Below, in pieces: positions 22,985-32,770 of a DNA stretch of 64,000 nucleotides (the first letter of the stretch is position 1; each line of letters starts with the position of its first letter). This DNA is from Myxococcota bacterium (GTDB lineage: Bacteria; Myxococcota; XYA12-FULL-58-9; JABJBS01): assembly GCA_036339465.1 (NCBI GenBank), contig JAYZAY010000089.1, positions 1,623-65,622 of the forward strand, read 5' to 3'. The notes under the pieces were generated by a model. The model worked only from the letters and a program-made list of their open reading frames with translations. It was not told where the DNA came from and searched no databases. Made by a program: the position numbers and the translations under genes.

Positions 22985-23752
22985 CTACTTTGGTTGATTG
23001 TGGGGCGATGAATTTATGCCGCTCTGCGTTATCATGCTTTGCTTCAAGACCAGGCCCTTACAATTATTCTTTGCAAAGGACAACACGAAAGTAGAACTTT
23101 GATCTCCAAAGGCTGAAATTAGGGCAAACATTTCGCAAATCACTGGGGGGCCCTCGATGCTTTCACACAAGTTGTGGATGAGACTTTCATCGAACCCCAA
23201 TGCCCTACTTATTTTTTCAGCAGATTTCACCCACTTTCTTTCCGTAACCCAAAGTATAGGGGTAGGCGCCATGTCCATTCGTAATGATAATAGAGAGGCT
23301 GATAACTCAGGGGCTGGGATGAATGGACGATTGGGCAACGTTAGCTCTGAGTATACTTCGAGTGTCCAGGGTGTGCCGGCGGCGGGCGGCGATGTATCCT
23401 TCGGGGGGCCGACACTTAAAATCGCGATCCTAAGTCGATTTGGAAAATACTTCGGTCGAGTGATGATGCAGAGGTTAAGGGACCCCGTAAAGATTTGTTT
23501 GTAGAAAATCCGTTCAATTGTGTCTGTGTCTGATAATTGAATGGTCTGAGTTTGGTCGAAGACGCCGAAGATGCGTTCACCTGCGATATTTAGGCCAAGA
23601 GGTGCCACGGTTATATCGATGACTGGTATTTTTTGGCCTCTAGAGTTGAAGGCTTGCTTTAGGGGTTCGGCGAGATCGGCGTAAGTGGGCGTGCCAGGGA
23701 TCTCTAGTTCGGTGATCCAGTGCCAATTGAGATGAAAAGAGAATTCGTTCAT
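22985..23752 (-). CDS. Hypothetical protein, probably co-transcribed with the SNF2 helicase
   Basis: 255-aa ORF ending 3 nt before the SNF2 start. I recognise no motif. In particular there is no CxC...CxH SWIM pattern. Confidence 0.55.
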   Translation of the reverse strand: MNEFSFHLNWHWITELEIPGTPTYADLAEPLKQAFNSRGQKIPVIDITVAPLGLNIAGERIFGVFDQTQTIQLSDTDTIERIFYKQIFTGSLNLCIITRPKYFPNRLRIAILSVGPPKDTSPPAAGTPWTLEVYSELTLPNRPFIPAPELSASLLSLRMDMAPTPILWVTERKWVKSAEKISRALGFDESLIHNLCESIEGPPVICEMFALISAFGDQSSTFVLSFAKNNCKGLVLKQSMITQSGINSSPHNQPK

Positions 23753-23794
23753 GGAAGCCTATTGGCTGATGGGTGCTTTGAACTTAGGTCTTTT

Positions 23795-24670
23795 TTATTC
23801 CGACGGTTCAGCAAGAGGGTCGGCACCCGCTGACTTCGCTTTTTCCCGAGCTTCTTGCGCTGCTTGGGCTTCGACTTGAGCTAGAGCTTCTGTTTTCATG
23901 GCTTCGATTCGTTTTTTGGCTTCCTCTACGCGACTGAAAATTTTGGTGACCAGATTACCCTGCAGCTCTACTTGGAGGTCGCCATAGTCTGCCGTCCAAG
24001 TGACATTGGTGGCTTCACGACGGTTTTTTGGGGGACCCACGGATACGAGCATCTCGGCTCTACTCATTCCCTGCAGGACCTGTCGACTCGAGATGGCTTG
24101 CTGAAGCTCTGGGGAGCGGTGATTGAGCCAGGTTAGAACCCAGCGTGAAGGTTTGAGACTTTCGCGTGCCGCTCGGGTGATGGTTTGTAGGGCTTTGTTC
24201 GCTGAAGGGAGTAATAAGTAGAGGTCTGTTGGTTGCTTCAACACGGCGGTTCTATCGCCGAGTTCTACGTGCAGCCAAATGTGCCCGCTGGGAGACTGAT
24301 CCTCGGTGGATGCGGGTAGCATGAATTGGTACCAAGGTTGTTGAGGGTAGACAATCTTTTTGACCGTGATGGGAGATCCCGCGGGAATCACTTGTGGTGG
24401 AAGTGCTTTTGGCGTGACAGCGACCCCTGTTGTGTTTCGAAAATCTGCTATCTCTGAGCTTCGCGCATCGAGGAATAGTTTACCGGGAGCCGACTCAAAT
24501 CTGATGCCAATATGGGTGGTGCCAAGTACAAATGCTTTCCCCACGAATTGCTCTTCGAGCTGGTTTTGGTGGCTTGGGGTGACATGGAGTGGTTCGTGCT
24601 TGGTGTCTAGGTGTTGGCAGGCCGAATTTGTTAGGATTAGCAGGCCGATAGATGGAATTAAGTATTTCAT
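23795..24670 (-). CDS. Putative lipoprotein with a BamE/SmpA-like segment and a charged coiled C-terminus
   Basis: 291 aa. The N-terminus MKYLIPSIGLLILTNSAC is a signal peptide with an imperfect lipobox. VLQGMSRAEMLVSVGPP resembles the BamE/OmlA fold. The C-terminal EEAKKRIEAMKTEALAQVEAQAAQEAREKAK looks like coiled coil. Confidence 0.55.
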   Translation of the reverse strand: MKYLIPSIGLLILTNSACQHLDTKHEPLHVTPSHQNQLEEQFVGKAFVLGTTHIGIRFESAPGKLFLDARSSEIADFRNTTGVAVTPKALPPQVIPAGSPITVKKIVYPQQPWYQFMLPASTEDQSPSGHIWLHVELGDRTAVLKQPTDLYLLLPSANKALQTITRAARESLKPSRWVLTWLNHRSPELQQAISSRQVLQGMSRAEMLVSVGPPKNRREATNVTWTADYGDLQVELQGNLVTKIFSRVEEAKKRIEAMKTEALAQVEAQAAQEAREKAKSAGADPLAEPSE

Positions 24671-24771
24671 AGTCGCTCCCTAATTAAATGATGAAACCCC
24701 ATCGAGCGCCGTAGGATGATTCGGGATTTATTACAATTGTTTCATGTGGAAAATAGCTCATTGGGGATCGC

Positions 24772-25836
24772 CTACAGGATGGAAGTGGAGAGTCCGAGTT
24801 CTTTTTGCCATTGCTCCATGAGTTGTGAAATTTTGGTGGTTGAAATGCCGTGGTGCGTGACGAGTCGACAGAGGTGTTTCTCGCGGTCCCAAACATAGAA
24901 GTGGGCGTATTTTCGCATTTTTTTCACTCGGTTTGGGGGCACCGCAACGAAAACCATGTTGCTTTCCACTGGAAATGCAGGGGCTTCAAATCCAAGTTGG
25001 AGTAATCCTATCTGGACACTTTGGGCTGAGGAAAGGGCCTGTTTTCCCAGTTCTCGCCACAGGTTTGTACCAAAAAGTGTGAGGAATTGAGCCGCGACGT
25101 ATCTTGATTTGGAACAAAGCTGCAGAAGTTGTTTACGTTGAAAGTGCAGGCTTTGTTTAAGAGGGGGGAAGCAAATTGATGCGTCCGCATTTAGGAGTCC
25201 GAGTTTTGTCCCTCCCAATGACAAGGCCCGACAATTGGAGGCTTGCGTTATGTCGGAGAATGAACAACCGAGCCCGATGACCGCGAGAGGAAGGCGGGCG
25301 CCGTCAATATGAATGAGGCAATCTTTGGTCTGGGCAAAGTCAGCGAGGGTCCGAAGTTCTCCCAGTGTGTAGAGGGTTCCCACTTCCGTGGGTTGAGCAA
25401 AGGAGAGCACTTTGATTTGGGGAGTGTGGAGATCCCCCTTGCGTGCGAAGAATGGTTCAAGTTTTTTTGGCGTGAGTTTTCCACCGTGCGTTGGGGCAGG
25501 AATGAGGCGTGAGCCTAGAACTCTTTCTACTGTTGCGGCGGAGTCGTTGTATAAGTGCGAAGTTTCGGCACAAATAATTGCTTCCCCGGGGGCCGTGATG
25601 GTGGAGAGCCCGAGGATATTCGCCCCTGTTCCAGAACTGGTAAATGACAATTCTGCATCAGACCGTTTGAAGATGTGACGAAAAAGTTGGTGAACATCCC
25701 TGGACCAGGGATCTTGTTCGAATCCCGGATGGTCACCCACATTGACCTCAGTGAGTGCGTTTAAGATGGGTGTTGGGATGGGTGCTTGAGCATCGGATGC
25801 GAGACTCAAATGGGCTGGGTGAGCGGCAATGACCAT
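24772..25836 (-). CDS. ltaE: Low-specificity threonine aldolase / beta-eliminating lyase family PLP enzyme
   Basis: 354 aa with SGTGANILG, IHIDGARL and LSLGGTKLG (PLP lysine), a layout typical of LtaE-like enzymes. Confidence 0.7.
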   Translation of the reverse strand: MVIAAHPAHLSLASDAQAPIPTPILNALTEVNVGDHPGFEQDPWSRDVHQLFRHIFKRSDAELSFTSSGTGANILGLSTITAPGEAIICAETSHLYNDSAATVERVLGSRLIPAPTHGGKLTPKKLEPFFARKGDLHTPQIKVLSFAQPTEVGTLYTLGELRTLADFAQTKDCLIHIDGARLPLAVIGLGCSFSDITQASNCRALSLGGTKLGLLNADASICFPPLKQSLHFQRKQLLQLCSKSRYVAAQFLTLFGTNLWRELGKQALSSAQSVQIGLLQLGFEAPAFPVESNMVFVAVPPNRVKKMRKYAHFYVWDREKHLCRLVTHHGISTTKISQLMEQWQKELGLSTSIL

Positions 25837-25946
25837 GGTTTTGAGATATATGGGGGGCCCCTCTAGTTAAATGGCACCGACTGCAATTTGTGCGATTTCT
25901 TATCCGATTGGATTGATCATTGATCGGGTTTCATAGAAAGACCTAG

Positions 25947-27578
25947 TTGAAAGGGGAAGCGGTGACCGAAGTAACTGAAGTAAAGCTTAAAGCGCTTGAG
26001 AATTTGATCGACGAATTGATGATGGGGCGAGACGATATGGAAGTCCTGCGGGGTAAGGATTCTGCTTTAGAATCACGCCTTGACTGGGTGCTGTCGGGAT
26101 TAAATCTTTTGGTAGAAGTCAATGTTTTGCGGCAATTACCTACCACGCGATTTCAAGAGCTTCTTACTGCGGCCGTGTCTACGGAGTGGTACGACAATAT
26201 CATCAACAATATTCCTGAGTCTATCCTTGTGTTGGGACGAAGTGGTAGAGTGCAAACTGCGAATCGTGCGCTGAGTAAGCTACTAGATTATGAAGTGGAA
26301 GATTTGGTGGGGTATCCAGTCCAAGGGATTTTGGGTGATGGCCACGTTGATATTGGTCTCCTGCTAAGGGAGTCTACTCAAAAGGGCTATGACCAGATTA
26401 GGACCCATTACCGAGACCAGTCTGGGCACCTTATTCCCGTAGAGTTCTCCAGTAACCCTATATTGGATGATGGTGGAAATTTACGTGCGGTTGTGTGCGT
26501 TGCCCGTGATTTACGAGCTCGAATGAAAACAGAGCAGGCATTGAGGGAAAGTGAGCGTCGTTATGAATTTGCCATGCGTGCTGCCAATGATGGTTTATGG
26601 GAATGGAACAAAGCTCAAGGTCGTTGTTACTTTTCTCCGCGGTTTTTGGAACTCTTGGCGTATATTGATACCGATGCCATTGTGCATCGAGATTTGGTGG
26701 GAGATTTGGTTCATCCTGATGACCAGAGCTTAGTCCAAGAGACTCTGGCTCGATTAGAGACTGGTGGTATTCCCTTTGAAGTAGAGTGTCGCTTAAAATC
26801 CTGTGGTGGGGATTTTAGGTTTTTTAGTTTACGGGGGATCCATGTTGTGGATAAGAGTGGGGCTTTGGAGAGGGTGGTAGGCTCGGCTCGGGATATTACG
26901 GAACGCCGGCAAACCGATGATTTACGGAATCGTTTTATTGAAAAAGTTATTTCTGCCGAGGATGCAGAGCGGCGACGAATCGCCCGTGAGCTACATGATG
27001 AGACCAGCCAGTCGTTAACCTCTGTTTTGGTAGGGTTAAAGGCCGTGGAGAAATCCATTCCTTCCAATGAAATTCGTGAACAGGTGGCCCATTTGCGCGC
27101 CCTGACTGCTCGGACCATTGAAGAGGTCGGGCGTCTAGCACGCGGACTCCATCCCAGCATTCTAGATGATCTAGGTTTTTCGGCGGCGATTCATCATTAT
27201 GCAACGGTGTACTCGAAGGCCCACCCTATTACTGTGGATGTCCACATTCGGGGTATGGAGGAAGGCAATCGTCTGCCTTTGGTGGTGGAAACAACGCTTT
27301 ATCGGATTTTACAAGAGGCGCTTACCAATGTGGTAAAACATGCGCGTGCAACCATGACCAGTATTGTTGTTGATCGACGTGAAGATGAGGTGCTGGCCAT
27401 TATTGAGGATGATGGCTGTGGTATCGTTAAGGACAGTGAAAGCCAAGGTGTCGACTTGTCTGGAGGATTGGGACTCCACGGAATGCGAGAACGAGCCGCT
27501 TTGTTGAAGGGAACTGTGACGGTGGAGTCCACTCCCGAAGTGGGTACGACCCTCTATGTGCACAGTCCACTTTCCTAG
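25947..27578 (+). CDS. Cytoplasmic PAS-PAS sensor histidine kinase (HisKA_3 / NarX-DegS type)
   Basis: 543 aa with two PAS-like blocks. The H-box is IARELHDETSQSLTSV, the N-box LQEALTNVVKHA and the G-boxes DDGCGI and GGLGLHGMRERA. A GTG at 25962 with AGGGGA upstream is an alternative start. Confidence 0.85.
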   Translation: MKGEAVTEVTEVKLKALENLIDELMMGRDDMEVLRGKDSALESRLDWVLSGLNLLVEVNVLRQLPTTRFQELLTAAVSTEWYDNIINNIPESILVLGRSGRVQTANRALSKLLDYEVEDLVGYPVQGILGDGHVDIGLLLRESTQKGYDQIRTHYRDQSGHLIPVEFSSNPILDDGGNLRAVVCVARDLRARMKTEQALRESERRYEFAMRAANDGLWEWNKAQGRCYFSPRFLELLAYIDTDAIVHRDLVGDLVHPDDQSLVQETLARLETGGIPFEVECRLKSCGGDFRFFSLRGIHVVDKSGALERVVGSARDITERRQTDDLRNRFIEKVISAEDAERRRIARELHDETSQSLTSVLVGLKAVEKSIPSNEIREQVAHLRALTARTIEEVGRLARGLHPSILDDLGFSAAIHHYATVYSKAHPITVDVHIRGMEEGNRLPLVVETTLYRILQEALTNVVKHARATMTSIVVDRREDEVLAIIEDDGCGIVKDSESQGVDLSGGLGLHGMRERAALLKGTVTVESTPEVGTTLYVHSPLS

Positions 27579-27609
27579 CTTCCTTGTGTGGGGTTTTCAC
27601 AGATGAGCA

Positions 27610-28977
27610 TTATCGCATTAATACAAATTCTTCGGCTGAGGTTGGGTGGAGGGCGACGGTTAGGTCAAATTGCTCCTTGGTGAGTTGGGCGTTCACTGCG
27701 ACTGCAAATCCCTGAATCAATTCAGGGGCATCAGGGCCGACCATATGGCAGCCCAGAACCACGCCGGTTTCTCGGTGGGTAACCATTTTCATGAATGTAC
27801 GTTTTTTTTGTGAGGGGGGGGCAAAACTATATTTGAGTCCTCCAAATTCCGAAGTGTAAACCGCTATTTTCGAAGGGTAGGTTTTTTCGGCTTCTTGCTC
27901 AGAAAGCCCCACGGAACCGACTGGGGGCTGTGAGAAAATGTCGGTTGGTATATGGGGGCCTTTGAATTGAGTGGGTGGGGTACCGAAGAGAGATTCTGCT
28001 ACGAATCTGCCGGCTCTTATTGCGACAGGCGTTAATGTCGCTTGTAACGTAACATCGCCTACGGCGAATATCGTTGGAATGGATGTCTGGAAGTGGTTGT
28101 TGACGATAATTTCGCCCTGTTGACACAAAGCAATTGTTTCATTTTGAAAGCTCAGGGAGGACGTGTTTGGAGTTCGGCCAATTGCGAATAGAATCGCTGT
28201 TTTCGTGGTTAGTTTTCGACCAGATAGTTCGGACGTATCGTAGGTTATTTTCGTATCCGAGGCCGTTTTCTCTATGTTTGTTATTGAGGCGGATTTAATC
28301 AGGCAGATACCCGTTTTTACGAGTTCGTTTTCTAGGAATGCAGCGATCTGCCGGTCGAATCCACGTAGGATCGTTCGACGAATCATAAGTGTGGTGTGGC
28401 ACCCCAGTGCGTTTAGAATCGATGCGAGTTCAATCGCGATATATCCGCCTCCCACCACGACTGCCTCAGATGGCAGGGCCGGGATTTTCCAGAAATCATC
28501 GCTACTGATTGCATGTTGGGCGCCTTCTATTTGAGGAAAAATGGGCGCAGTGCCCGGAGCCAAGAGTATGTGCTTTCCTGTGAGTGTCCTGTTGTCTAGT
28601 TGAACGCGGTGTGGGGTGGTGATTTGAGCATGGCCTCTTAATAATTCGATACCCAGTTTTTTTAGTGTATTGGTATGAAGTGTCTCTAGCCGGGCAACTT
28701 CGGTGTTCCTATTTTCAACGAGGGTTGGCCAGTCGAAGCAGGGAGATGAATAGGTCCATCCGAAACTTTTAGACAGTTCGATGTCTTTTCCGAGTTGAGC
28801 AGCATAATACATTAGCTTTTTTGGGATGCAGCCCCGGATTACGCAAGTGCCTCCCACTCTACTTTTTTCGATGATGGCTACTTTTGCGCCCAACTGAGCG
28901 GCGCGTTTAGCGCCAGCGAGACCGCCACTTCCAGCTCCCACGACGAGTAGGTCGAAATTTTCTGAAGGGTTTTGCAT
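27610..28977 (-). CDS. gor: Glutathione-disulfide reductase (pyridine nucleotide-disulfide oxidoreductase class I)
   Basis: 455 aa. It has an FAD fold VVGAGSGG, the redox-active disulfide GGTCVIRGCIPKK, an NAD fold VVGGGYIAIE and the C-terminal HPTSAEE dimerisation motif. Confidence 0.82.
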   Translation of the reverse strand: MQNPSENFDLLVVGAGSGGLAGAKRAAQLGAKVAIIEKSRVGGTCVIRGCIPKKLMYYAAQLGKDIELSKSFGWTYSSPCFDWPTLVENRNTEVARLETLHTNTLKKLGIELLRGHAQITTPHRVQLDNRTLTGKHILLAPGTAPIFPQIEGAQHAISSDDFWKIPALPSEAVVVGGGYIAIELASILNALGCHTTLMIRRTILRGFDRQIAAFLENELVKTGICLIKSASITNIEKTASDTKITYDTSELSGRKLTTKTAILFAIGRTPNTSSLSFQNETIALCQQGEIIVNNHFQTSIPTIFAVGDVTLQATLTPVAIRAGRFVAESLFGTPPTQFKGPHIPTDIFSQPPVGSVGLSEQEAEKTYPSKIAVYTSEFGGLKYSFAPPSQKKRTFMKMVTHRETGVVLGCHMVGPDAPELIQGFAVAVNAQLTKEQFDLTVALHPTSAEEFVLMR

Positions 28978-29607
28978 GCTCTTTGCCTCGCCAAAACTTG
29001 GACTTGTTTAACGACTCGTGCCTATAGTGCATTCGTGAGTTCCATTGGTACGACATACACGACGTCTATTCCACAGCCGAAGAAAAAGAAAAAGGTTGTG
29101 AAGAAAACTTCCTCTAAGAAAAAACCCGCGAAACCACCAGGTCCACCGGGGTCAAAAAAACCCCTTGGAATTGTCGCAGCGATTCTTGTCACCGCTGGCC
29201 TATCGTTTTTGTTTTTCGACCGGGGAATGGTGCCACAAGTGTCGAAAAAGCCCAAAAAGAAACCGGCAAGCATGCTGGTCTTGCCCAAGAAGCCGATGCC
29301 ACAACGAGTGGCGGTTATGAGGGCCATCCAAGCTCTTAAGCCGAAGGTAGAACGTTGTTATTTGAGATTGGTTCGTAAATATCCGGGGATATCGGGTATT
29401 GTTGTGGTGGAATTTGGCATGGATTGGGAGAAGGTTGAAGGTTTCATTTATGGAACGAAGGCCATCGAGCCTCCTTTTATTCCTGGAGCCTTTACGACTT
29501 GTCTAAAAAAGGAGGCCTTAGACCTTTCTTTCAAATTGCCAAAGGGATTGAATCGCGAAACAAAACCCAAGGTTGTGGTCTTTCCGTTTTCATTTAGCAA
29601 ACCATGA
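28972..29607 (+). CDS. Membrane-anchored Lys/Pro-rich protein with an AgmX/PglI-type (TonB-C-like) C-terminal domain
   Basis: A KKKKKVVKKTSSKKKPAKPPGPPG tract is followed by a TM segment (LGIVAAILVTAGLSFLFF). The C-terminus VMRAIQALKPKVERCYLRLVRKYPGISGIVVVEF resembles the domain found in myxobacterial AgmX/PglI proteins. The annotated start overlaps the gor start, so the true start is probably downstream, for example the GTG near 29035. Confidence 0.5.
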   Translation: MHALCLAKTWTCLTTRAYSAFVSSIGTTYTTSIPQPKKKKKVVKKTSSKKKPAKPPGPPGSKKPLGIVAAILVTAGLSFLFFDRGMVPQVSKKPKKKPASMLVLPKKPMPQRVAVMRAIQALKPKVERCYLRLVRKYPGISGIVVVEFGMDWEKVEGFIYGTKAIEPPFIPGAFTTCLKKEALDLSFKLPKGLNRETKPKVVVFPFSFSKP

Positions 29608-30212
29608 AGTACTTATATAAGTGTGTTTCCAATTGCAAAAAACCGTCTCAACTTACGACTTCTAAGGTATCGAAAGTACGTAACTTCATAATCTAATCCC
29701 ATTATACTCTGGATATTGTTGACCCGAGATCCACGACCATATACTTATTGAAGATGTCTCTTTTATCGACGCAGGAACCAAAAACGATAGATTGGAGATT
29801 CGTATACGGACTTTCATTTCCGGAGCCAATTCCTGTGTGTCAGGATAAGAGAGAGCGTTTTAGTGAGGCGATATTGTGGAAAAACGTTCAACTGAACTTA
29901 CTGGCTGAATCAAAGCAAGCTAGGTCGAATAGCAATGAATAGATATTGTGGCTTGATTTGGAGTGGCCATTGGAACGAACAGCGCTTTTAGAAAACGTCA
30001 GGGGATGTTGAGGGGGGGGGAGAAACAAGAATAAATGCTAGATAAGGATATAAATGACCAGGCAGTTTTGGCGTATCGGTTCGGGGGTTAGTTGTGTACG
30101 TCGCAGGGACGGTTTGGCCAGGAGAAGATTCAATATAGCTTGATAGTTAAATCTAACGTGATATTTGGAACGCGTCCATTTTTAGGACGGTGGAACTTTT
30201 AGGAGGGAACAA

Positions 30213-30710
30213 ATGATGAGCAATGCTTCAAAGAATGCGCGTTCTGCGAAGCTCTCTGAACCTCGGAAAGCACGGGGCCAAGCTAGGCCTAAGACGATGT
30301 CTCGCCGTGAGATGATGAGGGAGAAAAAAAGAAGAGAGAAGGCAGGGGACTTACTCGAAATAATTTCTTATGACAGACCAAGAACGCGTTCGGAGTGTGG
30401 AGTGGGCCCTAGGCCCTGTCTGTTTGTGGCTTGTAAATATCACCTGTATTTGGATGTGAATCCTGAGACGGGTTCTATAAAGGTTAACTTTCCCGATAGG
30501 GAGCCATGGGAATTAGAGGAGACTTGTTCTTTGGACATCGCGGAACGAGGCGGGGTGACTTTGGAAGAGGTCGGAGAAATATTGAACCTTACCCGCGAGC
30601 GGGTAAGGCAGGTTGAGGTCTCGGGCTTGACCAAGATGCACCATGTCGCAAGTGACCATGAGCTTGATGCATTTATGGATTGGGAAGTTGGAAGAGACAA
30701 AGTTGGTTGA
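30213..30710 (+). CDS. Small DNA-binding protein containing only a sigma-70 region-4-like HTH
   Basis: 165 aa with an AGGAGG SD 7 nt upstream. The N-terminus is basic. A Cys/His cluster reads C-x6-C-x4-C-x2-H ([16 protein letters not shown]). [29 protein letters not shown] is a typical region 4.2 HTH. Confidence 0.65.
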   Translation: MMSNASKNARSAKLSEPRKARGQARPKTMSRREMMREKKRREKAGDLLEIISYDRPRTRSECGVGPRPCLFVACKYHLYLDVNPETGSIKVNFPDREPWELEETCSLDIAERGGVTLEEVGEILNLTRERVRQVEVSGLTKMHHVASDHELDAFMDWEVGRDKVG

Positions 30711-30802
30711 TACGAAAACTTCAGAGGCTTTCGTTTCTTGAAAGCTTCTGAACTTCGTTTGGACTTCGTTTTATCCCCTGACGGTGAGCTTGTGACTATT
30801 CT

Positions 30803-31603
30803 ATGTCAAATTTAGCGGTCATCATCGTCAACTACAACCGTGGTGACCTACTGAAGGAATGCATCGATTCGTTGCCGAGTTGCTGGGATATCGTCGTCGT
30901 CGATAATGCTTCTACCGATGTGGCTTCCAAGGAACTTGCGGAAGGTTTTAAGCGGGGAATCTGGCTTCAACAGTCGGAAAACCTAGGGTTTGGGAGGGCA
31001 TGTAATCTGGGGGCGAATCATACCACATGTGATTATCTCCTTTTTCTAAATCCCGACACGTATTTGTTGCCGGAAAGCCAGTTTTGTCCTGAGATGCTAT
31101 TTTCTGAGGTTCCAGGAGCGTCAGCTTTTGGGTTTAAGCATTTGGATTGGCATGGTGATTATCAGCTTTCCTATGGCTGGTATCCCAGATTGAGCAGTGA
31201 GGTTTTCCGGAAAGTATTGCAAGGCTGTTTTGATTATCCGATCAAACCGGTAGTGGAATTAACCCATAAGCTATTCAATAAGCGACAGGAAATATCGTGG
31301 GTTGCGGGTTCTTCGTTGCTGGTGAAGAGAGAGTATTTTTGGCAGGTAGATGGCTTTGATGAGAATATCTTTCTCTTTTTTGAAGATATCGATCTATGCT
31401 TGCGTCTTGGAATTGAGGTGGGGCCTGTCATTTATGAACCGAAGATTGTTATCAAGCATTGGCGTGGGGCATCCGCGAACATAAACCGTGAAGTCTCAAG
31501 AACGCACTATCGCCAAAGTCAGATATATTTTTGGGAGAAATATCACGGTGCTTTTCAGGCGAAATTGTTGAAGCAATTGCTCATAAGGCTCAAGCGATAT
31601 TGA
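30803..31603 (+). CDS. Family 2 glycosyltransferase
   Basis: 266 aa with [22 protein letters not shown] and [10 protein letters not shown], the GT-A fold signatures of GT2 rhamnosyl/galactosyl-type transferases. Confidence 0.85.
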   Translation: MSNLAVIIVNYNRGDLLKECIDSLPSCWDIVVVDNASTDVASKELAEGFKRGIWLQQSENLGFGRACNLGANHTTCDYLLFLNPDTYLLPESQFCPEMLFSEVPGASAFGFKHLDWHGDYQLSYGWYPRLSSEVFRKVLQGCFDYPIKPVVELTHKLFNKRQEISWVAGSSLLVKREYFWQVDGFDENIFLFFEDIDLCLRLGIEVGPVIYEPKIVIKHWRGASANINREVSRTHYRQSQIYFWEKYHGAFQAKLLKQLLIRLKRY

Positions 31604-31654
31604 ATTCAATAGACCGAACTTGCCTTCCTGATGTGTTTTCTTTAAGGCTTTTTT

Positions 31655-32767
31655 ATGGATGTGCTCCACATAATGGCATCTGGAGCTCGCGGCGGGGGAG
31701 CTGAGCACCTAAAGGGGCTTGTGAAGGCGCAGAATGCCATGGGTTTGCTCACGGGTATAGTCACGAGTTCCGATGGACCGTTGTGTGATGATATTGCTCC
31801 GATGGGTGTCCCCGTGGAAATAATCGAAATGATGGGCTCGAGGCTTTCTGTCACTGCGACCATGAAGTTACGGCGGGCGATTCGCTCTTTTGCGCCGTCT
31901 ATTGTTCACATGCATGGGACCCGAGCGGCGTGGCTGGTGACTCTAAGCTGTCCAGGGCTGGTGAGAGAGAGAGGGGTTTATACCACCCATGGGTTGGCCC
32001 ACCGTGCCCGCGTGAATGACATGGGTCGAGCCGTTGCTTTTCGAATGGAAGTCGAATTGGCGCGATGGATAAAGGGCTATATTTCAGTTTCGAAAACCGA
32101 CTTAGAAGAGATCAAGGTATTTGTTCCATCCCTCAATACCCGTGGCTACTATATTCCGAATTCAGTCGATTTACCGAGGTTCAATCAGATATCTAAGGAG
32201 CAAGCCCGCAAGCTCATTGGTATTGAGGGTGAAACTCTATTGGTGGGTACGGTGGGGCGTCTGGTTCGGCAGAAAGGGGTCGATTGTTTTGTTCGGGCCC
32301 TGGGTGGGCTAAAGGATATTAAGGGGATCGTGGTGGGAGATGGACCCGAGTGTGAGAGTCTAAAAGGAATTTCTTCGGCGTTGAATTTGGATGTCGCATT
32401 TCTTGGCTTGCGAAGTGATGTGGACCTACTGCTGAAAGCACTCGATGTTTTCGTGCTTTCATCACGATGGGAGGGGCAGCCCATCGTACTTTTGGAAGCT
32501 ATGGCAGCAGGGGTCGCTGTTGTTGCTTCGAAAACAGAAGGTGCTCAAGAGCTTATTCAGCATGAAATCAACGGATTGCTCTTTCCTATTGATGACAATG
32601 CTGAATGCGCAGTGCAGATTGAAAGGCTGAGGGACGGCGCCTTTCGGGAAAAATTGCGGGAGAAAGCCCGTGCGATGGTGGGGGAGAGATCCTACCGTGC
32701 CAATGCGGAAAAGGTCAGAACTGTTTATGGCCATATGCTTTCAGACACGTGGACGGTGGAGAGCTAG
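31655..32767 (+). CDS. Family 4 (GT-B) glycosyltransferase
   Basis: 370 aa. It carries the EX7E motif EGQPIVLLEAMAAGVAVVAS and an N-terminal GGAE-type donor loop. Confidence 0.85.
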   Translation: MDVLHIMASGARGGGAEHLKGLVKAQNAMGLLTGIVTSSDGPLCDDIAPMGVPVEIIEMMGSRLSVTATMKLRRAIRSFAPSIVHMHGTRAAWLVTLSCPGLVRERGVYTTHGLAHRARVNDMGRAVAFRMEVELARWIKGYISVSKTDLEEIKVFVPSLNTRGYYIPNSVDLPRFNQISKEQARKLIGIEGETLLVGTVGRLVRQKGVDCFVRALGGLKDIKGIVVGDGPECESLKGISSALNLDVAFLGLRSDVDLLLKALDVFVLSSRWEGQPIVLLEAMAAGVAVVASKTEGAQELIQHEINGLLFPIDDNAECAVQIERLRDGAFREKLREKARAMVGERSYRANAEKVRTVYGHMLSDTWTVES

Positions 32768-32770
32768 GTC

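Noticed and set aside
27802-27821. T8 plus G8 homopolymers inside gor as a phase-variation switch
   Set aside because: The tracts are in frame (encoding APPSQKKRT on the minus strand) within a housekeeping gene. G7-G8 runs are also common elsewhere in this window's CDSs (for example 57273-57280, and shorter runs near 5310, 12170 and 43370).
29748-29942. 64-aa ORF in the A+T-rich spacer upstream of the glycan locus
   Set aside because: It uses a TTG start without an SD, and its composition is typical of random A+T-rich DNA. I recognise no motif.
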